Positions 55,205 through 63,691 of a DNA stretch of 64,000 nucleotides are shown here, piece by piece. The translations under genes and the position numbers were made by a program. Every line of letters starts with the position of its first letter. Within the stretch, counting starts at the first letter, position 1. The notes under the pieces were generated by a model, which saw nothing but the letters and a program-made list of their open reading frames with translations, was not told the DNA's origin and did no database searches. Source of the stretch: Faecousia sp. (GTDB lineage Bacteria > Bacillota > Clostridia > Oscillospirales > Oscillospiraceae); NCBI GenBank assembly GCA_045594945.1, contig JAZNZO010000098.1, positions 335-64,334 on the forward strand, written 5' to 3'.

Positions 55205-55238
55205 GGGCAACCCAATGCTTTGTTGGGTTGCCCTTTTT
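55205..55238 (+). terminator. Intrinsic terminator after folD
   Basis: gggcaacccaa-tgctttg-ttgggttgccc followed by ttttt. Confidence 0.85.
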
Positions 55239-55268
55239 ACTCCAATATAAGAAGATGAGGTATATAGA

Positions 55269-56657
55269 ATGAAGAAAATTAAGAATTTACCGGAAAGCAG
55301 TTTCCTGCGTGTGTTTTTTGCCTATGTAAGCCTTTTCTTTGTAGCGGCAGCCTTTATCCTGCCCGACAGAGCCGATGCCTTTGCCGGTCTGTGGAATATA
55401 CTGACCAACCCTTGTAAAATTTCCACCAACTACTTTGCCTTGGGCGGCTACAGCGCTACGTTTCTGAATATGGGCCTGGTGGGCCTTTTCTGCCTGGCGC
55501 TTACGTACCTGCCCGGCTGCAAGCCCAATAATGTTACCACCCTGGCCTTTTTGCTGACCGTAGGTTTCGGCTCCTGGGGCATGAATATTTTTAATATGAG
55601 TCCCACCATTTTGGGCGTTTTCTTGTATGCCCTGGTGAAGAAGGAAAAACTGGGAAATCTGACCAACGCCATGATGTTCTCCACCGGTATTGCGCCTCTG
55701 ATTTCTGACTTGCTGTTTCGTTATCCCAATGAAACGATTGTAGGCTTCAACTGGCTGGGCTTGGGCTTTGCCCTGGCTGTTGGCCTGGTTATTGGCTTCT
55801 TCCTGCCTGCGGGCCTTGCCCACGCACCGGTCTGCCACAAGGGTTACGACCACTATTCTGCCGCGCTGCCTGTAGGTTTGACCGCCTTCTTCCTGCGCAC
55901 CCTTCTTTATAACGTGTTGCTGGGCTGGAAGATTGGCGATATGGGAAAACTCTCCACTTTGGCGCCCAAGGGATACGATTTCTTCTATGCCTGCAATATT
56001 TTCAGCATCGTGCTCTTTGCAAGCTTTATCGTCCTTGCCCTTTTGATGGGTGCCACCTGGAAGGGCTACTGGGGACTTATGAAGGACTCCGGCCATAGTG
56101 TTAGCTTTACTTCCAAGTATGGAACGCCTACTTTCCTTATGAATGCGGGCGTGTTCGGCTTGATGATCGTGGCTTACTTCAATTTTGCGGCCCTTATCGA
56201 TCCCAAGGTGGCAGTAGGGGATATCTGGACCGGTATGACCTTTGGCATCGTGTTCTGTATGCTTTCTACCTGCAATTCCGGCTCTCATCCCCGCAATGTG
56301 CTGCCCATTATGGCAGGGTACATTGTCACATCCTTCCTGTTTGGCTGGCTGGCCGGCCTGATGGGAACAGAAAATTATGGCCTCACCATCGGCAGTCAGT
56401 CTATTCTCATTGGCTTGTGCTATGCCAACGGCCTTTCTCCCATCTCCGGCAAGTACGGCTTTGGCTGGGGCATGCTGGCAGGTGGACTGCACTATCTGCT
56501 GGTCAGCGCAGTGCCGGATCTTCACGGCGGCTTCCTGCTGTATAACGGCGGCTTCACCGCAGCGCTGATTTGTGTGCTGTTTGTTCCCCAACTGGAAAAG
56601 TTTGCAAAGACAAGGGAAGAGCGGAAGGCTAAAAAACCGGCCGAAGTGGAAAAATAA
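55269..56657 (+). CDS. Polytopic membrane protein (DUF1576-like)
   Basis: 462 aa with about 11-12 TM helices. Assignment to DUF1576 is from memory of the family layout only. Confidence 0.45.
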   Translation: MKKIKNLPESSFLRVFFAYVSLFFVAAAFILPDRADAFAGLWNILTNPCKISTNYFALGGYSATFLNMGLVGLFCLALTYLPGCKPNNVTTLAFLLTVGFGSWGMNIFNMSPTILGVFLYALVKKEKLGNLTNAMMFSTGIAPLISDLLFRYPNETIVGFNWLGLGFALAVGLVIGFFLPAGLAHAPVCHKGYDHYSAALPVGLTAFFLRTLLYNVLLGWKIGDMGKLSTLAPKGYDFFYACNIFSIVLFASFIVLALLMGATWKGYWGLMKDSGHSVSFTSKYGTPTFLMNAGVFGLMIVAYFNFAALIDPKVAVGDIWTGMTFGIVFCMLSTCNSGSHPRNVLPIMAGYIVTSFLFGWLAGLMGTENYGLTIGSQSILIGLCYANGLSPISGKYGFGWGMLAGGLHYLLVSAVPDLHGGFLLYNGGFTAALICVLFVPQLEKFAKTREERKAKKPAEVEK

Positions 56658-56697
56658 GTATTTTTTCATTGCGTTCCAGAAAAATGCGTTGTATAAT

Positions 56698-56733
56698 AAA
56701 AGCGGCAAAGCCGAGAAGTGCTTTGCCGCTTTT
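56698..56733 (+). terminator. Intrinsic terminator
   Basis: aaagcggcaaagc-cgagaagt-gctttgccgctttt. Confidence 0.85.
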
Positions 56734-56759
56734 GAAACAAATAGAAAGAGGGTATCCCT

Positions 56760-57239
56760 ATGAGAAGAAAAGAAGACATTATTTCCGCTGTCTTTTCTAT
56801 GCTGATCGGTGTGATGCTGATTGTGATGAAGGGCCAGATAGTGAGCATCGCTATCACCGTGTTTGCGGTCATCGTGCTGATTTCTGCAGTGATTGACCTG
56901 GTGAACAAGCTGATCAACAGCGCCATTGTTAAGGCAGTAGTTGGCGTGTGTATACTCATCTTTGGTTGGGTATTTGTCAGCGTTGCCCTTTACCTGCTTG
57001 CTGCTGCCATCATCATTATGGGCCTTCTGCGGATTGTGAATATGCATAAGATCCTGCCGGAAGAAATGGACCATAAGGAAAAGATTTTTGCCTACATTCG
57101 TCCTGCCATTACGGTTCTTGCAGGTATCTGCCTGCTGTTTAACCAGGGTGGCGCCGTAAATTGGGTGTTCATTCTCACCGGTGTGCTTCTGGTAGCAGAA
57201 GGCGTGCTGGATGTGGCCGACGCCTTGAAAAAGCAATAA
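56760..57239 (+). CDS. Small membrane protein (DUF308/HdeD-like, 5 TM)
   Basis: 159 aa of hydrophobic repeats. AGAGGG RBS. Confidence 0.4.
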   Translation: MRRKEDIISAVFSMLIGVMLIVMKGQIVSIAITVFAVIVLISAVIDLVNKLINSAIVKAVVGVCILIFGWVFVSVALYLLAAAIIIMGLLRIVNMHKILPEEMDHKEKIFAYIRPAITVLAGICLLFNQGGAVNWVFILTGVLLVAEGVLDVADALKKQ

Positions 57240-57273
57240 AAGAGACTCGGCAGGGTGTTCCTGCCGAGTTTTT
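57240..57273. terminator. Bidirectional terminator
   Basis: actcggcagg-gtgtt-cctgccgagt followed by ttttt. Confidence 0.85.
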
Positions 57274-57592
57274 ATTTCATAAACTTATCAATAGCGTCAC
57301 ACAGATCGTCGATGGCTTCGTTGTCACCGGCGGCGACGGCATCTACCATACAGTGGCGCATATGGTCTTTGAGAATGACCTTGCCGGTGTTTTCCAGGGC
57401 AGACCGGACGGCGGCTAATTGCACCAATACTTCGGAGCAGTCATAACCATCTTCTACCATTCGCTTTACCTTTTCCAGGTGGCCGATGGCCCGGGCCAGG
57501 CGGTTAATGACCGCTTTTTGGTTTTCGTGGACATGGCCGTGACTGTGGGCGATACCCTGTTCATGCATATGGATGTGTTCGTGGTCGTGCAA
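57272..57592 (-). CDS. csoR: CsoR-family metal-sensing repressor (x-C-H-C, Cu(I)-type fingerprint) with His-rich N-terminus
   Basis: NRLARAIGHLEKVKRMVE...DCSEVLVQLAAVRSAL...DHMRHC. TTG start 6 nt after AAGGGGGGG. The N-terminus is HDHEHIHMHEQGIAHSHGHVHE. Confidence 0.75.
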   Translation of the reverse strand: MHDHEHIHMHEQGIAHSHGHVHENQKAVINRLARAIGHLEKVKRMVEDGYDCSEVLVQLAAVRSALENTGKVILKDHMRHCMVDAVAAGDNEAIDDLCDAIDKFMK

Positions 57593-57622
57593 GGCAAGCC
57601 CCCCCTTTTTTTCTTTTTGCTT

Positions 57623-57651
57623 ATCATACCCTATTTTTTATCCCTTTGCAA
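57623..57651 (-). promoter_or_regulatory. csoR promoter
   Basis: Minus-strand TTGCAA, 17 nt, TATGAT. An 8-bp inverted repeat TTTTATCC/GGATAAAA (57636-57643 and 57663-70) brackets the -35 and encloses CCCCGGGG. Confidence 0.45.
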
Positions 57652-57684
57652 GCCCCGGGGGAGGATAAAAATCGTAAAAACCTG

Positions 57685-57713
57685 CTGACAAATGGAAAAG
57701 CCTGTGATACAAT
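57685..57713 (+). promoter_or_regulatory. xpt promoter (extended -10)
   Basis: CTGACA, 17 nt, TGaTACAAT. The leader to ATG 57747 is only about 27 nt. Confidence 0.5.
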
Positions 57714-57746
57714 GGGGGAAATTGCCATAGACTGAGAGGATATATT

Positions 57747-58331
57747 ATGAACTGCTTAGAAGAAAGAATTTTGAAAGACGGCATTGTGAAAAGCGGAAAT
57801 GTGCTGAAGGTGGATAGTTTCCTCAACCACCAGATGGATATCTCCTTGATGGACCAAATGGGGGAGGAGTTTTACAATCGCTTCAAGAATTGCGGCGTTA
57901 CCAAAGTGCTGACCATTGAGGCTTCCGGTATTGGCATTGCCTGTTCTGTTGCCCGGCGCTTTGGCGTACCGATGGTGTTTGCCAAGAAGGCCAAAAGCAT
58001 TAACATTGACGGCGATGTGTATTCTGCCAGCGTGGAAAGTTTTACCCATAAGAATGTAAACCAGGTCATCGTTTCCAAGAAGTTTTTAAGCGCCGATGAC
58101 CGGGTGCTGATCATTGATGATTTCCTCGCCAACGGCTGTGCCTTGCAAGGCTTAATTGCCATTACAGAGGCTTCCGGCGCAGAAGTGGCCGGTATCGGTA
58201 TTGCAGTAGAGAAGGGCTTCCAGATCGGTGGCCGGGTGATCCGCAATCTGGGCTACAAACTGGAATCCCTGGCAATCGTAGACGAGATGGATGCAGAAAC
58301 GGGAAAAATCGTCTTCCGCGCTCAAGAATAA
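57747..58331 (+). CDS. xpt: Xanthine phosphoribosyltransferase
   Basis: Collinear with B. subtilis Xpt as I remember it: [35 protein letters not shown]. Confidence 0.9.
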   Translation: MNCLEERILKDGIVKSGNVLKVDSFLNHQMDISLMDQMGEEFYNRFKNCGVTKVLTIEASGIGIACSVARRFGVPMVFAKKAKSINIDGDVYSASVESFTHKNVNQVIVSKKFLSADDRVLIIDDFLANGCALQGLIAITEASGAEVAGIGIAVEKGFQIGGRVIRNLGYKLESLAIVDEMDAETGKIVFRAQE

Positions 58332-58337
58332 ATATAT

Positions 58338-58369
58338 TCCCGGTAAGCAAATGCCGGGGTTTGGTTTTT
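58338..58369 (+). terminator. Weak hairpin after xpt
   Basis: cccgg-taagcaaatg-ccggg followed by gtttggttttt. It lies only about 20 nt before the RBS of the next gene. Confidence 0.35.
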
Positions 58370-58391
58370 CCTATTGCGAAGGAGTGAGAAA

Positions 58392-59573
58392 ATGAACAGC
58401 GAAGCGAAAAAGGCCATCCGTATCGGATTGCTTTGTACTATATCCTACCTTGCTGTCTATGTAGCAAGAAACATTTTGGGCGTCGTGAGCCCCGGTATGA
58501 TCGAAACCGGCCGCTACACGGAAGCCTATATCGGCACCATTTCCACCGGTTATTTGATAGCCTATGCCTGCGGACAACTGATTAACGGTGCCATTGGCGA
58601 CAAGATCATTTCCCGCTTTATGATTTCCGGCGGTTTGCTGGGTGCCGGCATTTGCAACATTGCGTTGCCTTATGCGCCCAACCTGCTGACAACGACCGTT
58701 CTTTACAGCATTAGCGGCTTTTTCCTTTCCATGATCTATGGACCTATGACCAAGACGGTTTCGGAAAATGTAAAGCCTGAGTATGCCGCCCGGGTGGCGC
58801 TGGGATACACCATCGCTTCCTTTTTAGGCTCTCCTGTAGCCGGTGTGGTAGCGATGCTGACCAACTGGCAGAATGCCTTTATCGTGTGCGGTGGCATTTT
58901 GGTAGGGATGGGCATCATCAGCTATATGTGCTTTCTGCTTTTGGAAAAAAGGGGATTGGTGGTTTATCGAAACGGGAAAAATGACCGGGTGCCTATGGGT
59001 GTTGGGCTGAAACGCCTGCTGGAGCATCACATCATCAAGTATTCCTTTGTGTCTGTGCTGACGGGTATTGTCCGTACCACTGTTGTTTTTTGGGTACCTA
59101 CATATTTGGCGCAGTATCTGCACTTTACCCCCAATGTGGCGGTGGCTATTTTCTCCGGTGTGACCCTGGCAATGTCCATAGGCCCGTTTTTGAATACCCT
59201 TTTGGTGTATGAGCGGCTGTTTAAGCGCAACCGGGGCAAGACGGTGCTGTGTATGTTTTCTGTCAGCACGGCGGCATTCCTTTTGATGTTCCTTTGGAAA
59301 CAGCCTGTTTTTTCTGTGGCGATGCTGACCCTGGCGTTGGTAGCCAACGGGGGTGCGGCCACCATGCTTTGGAGCACATACTGCCCCAGCCTGGAGGCTA
59401 CCGGACTGGTGTCTACCGCTACCGGTTACTTAGACTTTATGAGTTATATGGGTGCGGCGGCAGCCAATCTGATTTTCTCCAATGCGGTAGCGGCAATCGG
59501 CTGGGGCTGGTTGATTTTGTCCTGGGCAGGCCTGATGGGCATCGGCGTACTGGTAGGCCTAAAAAAAGAATAG
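58392..59573 (+). CDS. MFS transporter
   Basis: 399 aa with 12 TM helices. AVYVARNILGVVSPGM and GAIGDKI motifs. GAAGGAG lies before ATG 58392. Confidence 0.7.
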   Translation: MNSEAKKAIRIGLLCTISYLAVYVARNILGVVSPGMIETGRYTEAYIGTISTGYLIAYACGQLINGAIGDKIISRFMISGGLLGAGICNIALPYAPNLLTTTVLYSISGFFLSMIYGPMTKTVSENVKPEYAARVALGYTIASFLGSPVAGVVAMLTNWQNAFIVCGGILVGMGIISYMCFLLLEKRGLVVYRNGKNDRVPMGVGLKRLLEHHIIKYSFVSVLTGIVRTTVVFWVPTYLAQYLHFTPNVAVAIFSGVTLAMSIGPFLNTLLVYERLFKRNRGKTVLCMFSVSTAAFLLMFLWKQPVFSVAMLTLALVANGGAATMLWSTYCPSLEATGLVSTATGYLDFMSYMGAAAANLIFSNAVAAIGWGWLILSWAGLMGIGVLVGLKKE

Positions 59574-59580
59574 CATTTTA

Positions 59581-59611
59581 TGGGATAGTTTGGTATAATC
59601 AGACTATCCCA
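59581..59611 (+). promoter_or_regulatory. Extended -10 promoter enclosed by a 9-bp perfect inverted repeat (candidate operator)
   Basis: TGGGATAGT-ttggtataatcag-ACTATCCCA. TGgTATAAT lies at 59591-59599. Confidence 0.5.
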
Positions 59612-59637
59612 AAAATAATAGAAAGGCGGCAATTCCT

Positions 59638-61698
59638 ATGGAAAATAAGTATGAAGCCCTGTTTACTCCCTGGAAAGTGGGCAATGTGGAAATCAAAAAC
59701 CGCATTGTGCTATGTCCTATGGGCGGCACCAGTCTGTTCGGCTGGTTTGAACTGGGCGGCTGTAAATTCGATAAGGAAGCGGCAAAATTCTTCCTGGAGA
59801 GAGCCCAGAATAATGTGGGCTTGATTATCCCCGGCATCGCCCCCCTGCGGGACACCTTCTGGGGAAAGTGGCTGTGGCAGAATCCCAAGATGTTTGAGGA
59901 TCTGAAGGAATTTATGGAAGAAATCCATAAAACCGGTGCCAAACTTTTTGTCCAGTTGACTGCCGGTATGGGCCGTTCCTGGGCCATTACCGATTTGATT
60001 GCCCCCCTGCATAAGAATAAATTTACCCGGGCGATTTTGAAGCCGGTACTGGATACCAGCCACGAACTGGCAAGCCCCTCGCCCCTGCCTTCCCGCTGGG
60101 ACCCGGAAATCATTACCCCGGAAATGACCGTCAAGCAAATCCATGAGATTATTGAAGCCTTCGCCAAGACTGCAAAACTCTGCAAGGATGCAGGTGTTGA
60201 CGGTGTGGAAGTCCACGCCGTTCACGAAGGCTATCTGCTTGACCAGTTCACAATGGAATGGACCAACAAGCGGACGGACCAGTACGGCGGTTCCTTTGAA
60301 AACCGTTACCGCTTCCCTGTGGAAGTGGTACAGGCGATCAAGGCTGCCTGCGGCCAGGATTTCCCTGTTTCTGTCCGCTATTCTGTAGAGTCTAAGGTAA
60401 AAGGCTTCCGGGAAGGCGCTGTGCCCGGGGAAGTATACACTGAAGTGGGCCGGAATATGGCGGAATCGGAAAAGGCTGCCAAGTACCTGCAGGATGCAGG
60501 CTATGATATGCTCAATGCCGACAACGGCACTTACGACAGTTGGTACTGGGCCCATCCGCCTATGTATATGCCTCAGAACTGCAACCTGGAAGACGTTGCC
60601 CACATCAAGAAGTTTGTGGATATTCCTGTGGTTTGTGCCGGCCGTATGGAGCCGGATGTGGGCGCACAGGCAGTGGCAGATGGCAGAATTGACGGCGTAG
60701 GCATTGCCCGGCAGTTCCTGGCAGACCCCCAGTGGATTACCAAACTGCTGGAAGACCGGCTGGAAGATATCCGCCCCTGCATTTGTTGCCACGCAGGCTG
60801 CTTCAACTTCTCTTCTTCCAAGGGCCATGCCAACACCCAGGACCTGTCGGATACGATGCACCTGGCCCGCTGCGCCCTGAATCCGCCCACTATGCAGTCT
60901 AATAAGTACTACATTGCCCCTGCCAAGAAGTGCAAGAGCGTGGCAGTGATCGGCGGCGGTATCGGCGGTATGGAAACAGCCATCGTCTGCGCCAAGCGTG
61001 GCCATAAGGTCACCCTTTATGAAAAGTCCGACAAGCTGGGCGGCGTGTTTATTGCTGCTGCAGCCCCCTCCTTCAAGGAAAAGGACAGAGATCTTATTAC
61101 CTGGTATCGCCGTGAGATTGCAAAGTATCCCCAAATTGAAGTAAAACTGCAGACCGAAGTGAAGGATCTGTCCGAAATCCAGGCCGATGAAGTGGTTATT
61201 GCCACCGGTTCCCGCCCCAACCGCATTCCTGTTCCCGGTGTAGAAAAGGCGGTGCAGGCTATCGACTTCTTGCTGGGCGCACCTGTTGGCCAGAACGTAA
61301 CCATTATTGGCGGCGGCCTGACCGGCTGTGAAATTGCCTATGAACTGTACCTGCAGGGCAAGAACCCCACCATTGTGGAAATGCTGGACGATCTGATTTG
61401 CACCCCCGGCATCTGCCTGGCAAATACCAGTTTCCTTCGTGATTTCTTCAAGGCCAACCAGGTTCCCGTACATCTGGAAACCGGCGTACAGGAAATTAAG
61501 GATGGCTGTGTGATTGTAAAAGACAAGGAAGGCAAGACCTTCCAGATTGCGGCAGACAGTGTTATCCTCTCCACCGGCTATAAGCCCCAGCCCCTGGCCC
61601 AAAAGGCCCGTCATATCCACCTGGTTGGTGACTGTGACAAGGTTGGCAACCTGCGCTCTGTTATTTGGCAGGCTTGGGATGTGGCAATGAAACTGTAA
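59638..61698 (+). CDS. OYE-like NADH:flavin oxidoreductase fused to FAD/NAD(P)-binding domain (2-enoate reductase / 2,4-dienoyl-CoA reductase family)
   Basis: N-terminal TIM-barrel FMN domain (IKNRIVLCPMG, EVHAVHEGYLLDQF). 4Fe-4S motif CICCHAGC...C. C-terminal VAVIGGGIGGMETA and VTIIGGGLTGCE dinucleotide folds. Confidence 0.75.
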   Translation: MENKYEALFTPWKVGNVEIKNRIVLCPMGGTSLFGWFELGGCKFDKEAAKFFLERAQNNVGLIIPGIAPLRDTFWGKWLWQNPKMFEDLKEFMEEIHKTGAKLFVQLTAGMGRSWAITDLIAPLHKNKFTRAILKPVLDTSHELASPSPLPSRWDPEIITPEMTVKQIHEIIEAFAKTAKLCKDAGVDGVEVHAVHEGYLLDQFTMEWTNKRTDQYGGSFENRYRFPVEVVQAIKAACGQDFPVSVRYSVESKVKGFREGAVPGEVYTEVGRNMAESEKAAKYLQDAGYDMLNADNGTYDSWYWAHPPMYMPQNCNLEDVAHIKKFVDIPVVCAGRMEPDVGAQAVADGRIDGVGIARQFLADPQWITKLLEDRLEDIRPCICCHAGCFNFSSSKGHANTQDLSDTMHLARCALNPPTMQSNKYYIAPAKKCKSVAVIGGGIGGMETAIVCAKRGHKVTLYEKSDKLGGVFIAAAAPSFKEKDRDLITWYRREIAKYPQIEVKLQTEVKDLSEIQADEVVIATGSRPNRIPVPGVEKAVQAIDFLLGAPVGQNVTIIGGGLTGCEIAYELYLQGKNPTIVEMLDDLICTPGICLANTSFLRDFFKANQVPVHLETGVQEIKDGCVIVKDKEGKTFQIAADSVILSTGYKPQPLAQKARHIHLVGDCDKVGNLRSVIWQAWDVAMKL

Positions 61699-61714
61699 AA
61701 GAAGGGAGAAACCT

Positions 61715-62986
61715 ATGTACTTAACTGACGAACAACAGGCCATACTAAATGGCTCTAAGGGTGAAACCATAGCCAAAGTGTGGAAGACCCTGGTGATGTA
61801 CGGCGATGCCTTCGGCGCGGAAAAAATGGTGCCGGTGACTTCCAAGTATAACCACCTGGTTACCTCCTTCGGCCTGAAAATGATGAAGCCCGTCTTTGAT
61901 TTGATGCAGCAGTTGATTGATGCCGGCGCGGTTTCCCAGCAGCAGTTTTCTGTGGACCCCCGCCCGGTTGATAAAAATGTGCCTGCCAATTTCCTGCAGA
62001 AACTCATTTTCAATAAGATTATGTATGCCACCCAGGAAGAGTATGAAAAACAGTTGAAGGAATTGGGCCTTGTCAGCGAAGATGCCTTTACCTGCGCCTG
62101 CTACCTGGACCAGGTGGGCAATATTCCCGGCAAGGGAGATGTGCTTAGTTGGGCAGAATCTTCTGCTGTTGTTTATGCAAACTCCGTATTGGGCGCTCGC
62201 TGCAACCGCAACTCCGGTATTATGGACATTATGGGCTCCATCGCCGGTTATGTGCCTGCTTTTGGCCTTTTGACCGATGAGGGCCGTAAGGCCACCTGGG
62301 TGGTAAAAGTAGAGTGCAAGGAAAAGCCGGAAGCCCAGCTTTTAGGCTCTGCCATTGGTATGAAGGTAATGGAAGATGTGCCTTACATCACCGGTATGGA
62401 AAAGTGGTTGGGGCAGGAACTGACCGATGCTGCCTGCGCCTATCTGAAAGATTTTGGCGCAGCTACTGCATCCAACGGCGCAGTGGGCCTGTACCATATC
62501 GCAAATTTGACCCCCGAAGCAAAGGAACTGGGGGAAAGCCTGATTGCGCAAGATGCTCAGGTCTATGTAATTGACGATGCAGAACTGCAGCGGGTAAAGG
62601 ACAGTTATCCTGTGATGTGGAAAAACCCCGATGCCAAGCCCAAACTGTGCTTTATCGGTTGCCCCCACCTTTCTATGGAGCAGCTGAAGGACTGGACAAA
62701 CCGGGTGGAAAAGGGTCTTGCCGAAAGCGGCAAAAAGAAAGTGCAAATTCCCACTGTCTTCACTACTGCCCCCGGAGTCAAAAAGGCGTTTTTGGAAACC
62801 GAGGATGCCAAACGGCTTGAAAAGATGGGCGTTGTCCTTTCTGATATTTGTCCTCTTATGTATATGAACAATCCTCTTTGCAAGGCGATGCCCGTCATTA
62901 CCTGCTCCAACAAACTGCGTACCTACACCACTTCCCGGTTCTACACCGAAGAAGAGATTTTAGGTAAGATTACAGGAGGGAAGTAA
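61715..62986 (+). CDS. Aconitase X catalytic subunit (DUF521)
   Basis: MYLTDEQQAILNGSKGE...AKVWKTLVMYGDAFGAEKMVPV is the typical DUF521 N-terminus. 423 aa. Confidence 0.7.
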   Translation: MYLTDEQQAILNGSKGETIAKVWKTLVMYGDAFGAEKMVPVTSKYNHLVTSFGLKMMKPVFDLMQQLIDAGAVSQQQFSVDPRPVDKNVPANFLQKLIFNKIMYATQEEYEKQLKELGLVSEDAFTCACYLDQVGNIPGKGDVLSWAESSAVVYANSVLGARCNRNSGIMDIMGSIAGYVPAFGLLTDEGRKATWVVKVECKEKPEAQLLGSAIGMKVMEDVPYITGMEKWLGQELTDAACAYLKDFGAATASNGAVGLYHIANLTPEAKELGESLIAQDAQVYVIDDAELQRVKDSYPVMWKNPDAKPKLCFIGCPHLSMEQLKDWTNRVEKGLAESGKKKVQIPTVFTTAPGVKKAFLETEDAKRLEKMGVVLSDICPLMYMNNPLCKAMPVITCSNKLRTYTTSRFYTEEEILGKITGGK

Positions 62987-62987
62987 G

Positions 62988-63431
62988 ATGAAGAAATTTA
63001 GCGGACGCATCGTTACCCCCGGTACCGTTACGGCACAGGCCCTGGTTTCTCACGGCGGCCTGAATACCCTGGCTTCTTTCCAGGGCGCATTGCAGTTTGG
63101 CGACAAGAAAGCCACCTGCGGCGACCAGAATAATCCTGACCTTTACAACAAGGAAATGGCCGGCAAGGCGCTTTGCCTGCCCCAAACCATCGGCTCTACT
63201 ACCGGCGGACTGGTGCTTTACTGCGCCTGTGCTATGCAGCGCCAGCCTGCCTGTATGCTGTTCAGTAAGCCCATTGACTCCCTGGCTGCGGCAGGCTCCA
63301 TCTTAGCCTCTGTCTGGCTGCCCGATGCCAAGATGCCTGTGGTGGATAGCCTGGGCGAAGAATTCCTAAACTATGTGAAAGATGGCATGACAGTTACCAT
63401 CGAAGAAGACGGCACCGTTATTGTAGAATAA
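62988..63431 (+). CDS. Aconitase X swivel-domain subunit (DUF126)
   Basis: 147 aa. It starts 1 nt after the large-subunit stop. GRIVTPGTVTAQALV...LCLPQTIGSTTGG matches the family layout. Confidence 0.7.
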   Translation: MKKFSGRIVTPGTVTAQALVSHGGLNTLASFQGALQFGDKKATCGDQNNPDLYNKEMAGKALCLPQTIGSTTGGLVLYCACAMQRQPACMLFSKPIDSLAAAGSILASVWLPDAKMPVVDSLGEEFLNYVKDGMTVTIEEDGTVIVE

Positions 63432-63436
63432 GAATA

Positions 63437-63464
63437 AGCGGCGGAAGTTTTCCGCCGCTTTTCT
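63437..63464 (+). terminator. Intrinsic terminator
   Basis: agcggcggaa-gtt-ttccgccgct followed by tttt. Confidence 0.85.
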
Positions 63465-63485
63465 TTATGAAAAGTTGGGAAATAC

Positions 63486-63514
63486 TTGACTTATGGGCAC
63501 CGCTATGCTACAAT
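63486..63514 (+). promoter_or_regulatory. Promoter of the CNNM-gene leader
   Basis: TTGACT (63486-63491), 17 nt, TACAAT (63509-63514). Confidence 0.55.
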
Positions 63515-63552
63515 CAAGCCAAATATACGGAAAAAGGAGGTCGATAGGGCTC

Positions 63553-63633
63553 ATGGACAGTTGCGACGGTGATTGTAGTAATAATTTGAATTTGATCGTG
63601 GTCGGCATACCTGCGCCCATTTTCCGGGAATAG
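63553..63633 (+). CDS. Candidate 26-codon leader ORF (MDSCDGDCSNNLNLIVVGIPAPIFRE)
   Basis: AGGAGG lies 12 nt upstream of the ATG. The stop TAG 63631 lies inside the 3' arm of the leader terminator. Confidence 0.25.
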   Translation: MDSCDGDCSNNLNLIVVGIPAPIFRE

Positions 63634-63646
63634 GTGTGTCTTTTTT
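63605..63646 (+). terminator. Leader (attenuator) terminator upstream of the CNNM gene
   Basis: GCAUACCU ... AGGUGUGU forms an 8-bp stem with two G-U pairs, plus an inner CCC/GGG pairing. CUUUUUU follows. Confidence 0.4.
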
Positions 63647-63691
63647 GCGCCCATTTTTCATCAATTTCGAATTTTTAAGGAGATATATAAA

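Noticed and set aside
57593-57746. Expected guanine/xanthine riboswitch upstream of xpt.
   Set aside because: The promoter (CTGACA-17-TACAAT) leaves only about 27 nt of leader. No purine-aptamer core is present.
59710-62031. 773-aa ORF on the minus strand, antisense to the enoate-reductase and acnX genes.
   Set aside because: It lies entirely opposite genes with clear family motifs. It has no RBS and a skewed, low-complexity-like composition (rich in G, A, H, Q, N, V). Long antisense ORFs arise when sense codons avoid TTA, CTA and TCA. The same holds for 55287-57236 (649 aa), 16051-17598 (515 aa), 3135-4514 (459 aa), 54269-55210, 40630-41517, 28424-29269, 51866-52663, 711-1499 and 21867-22622.
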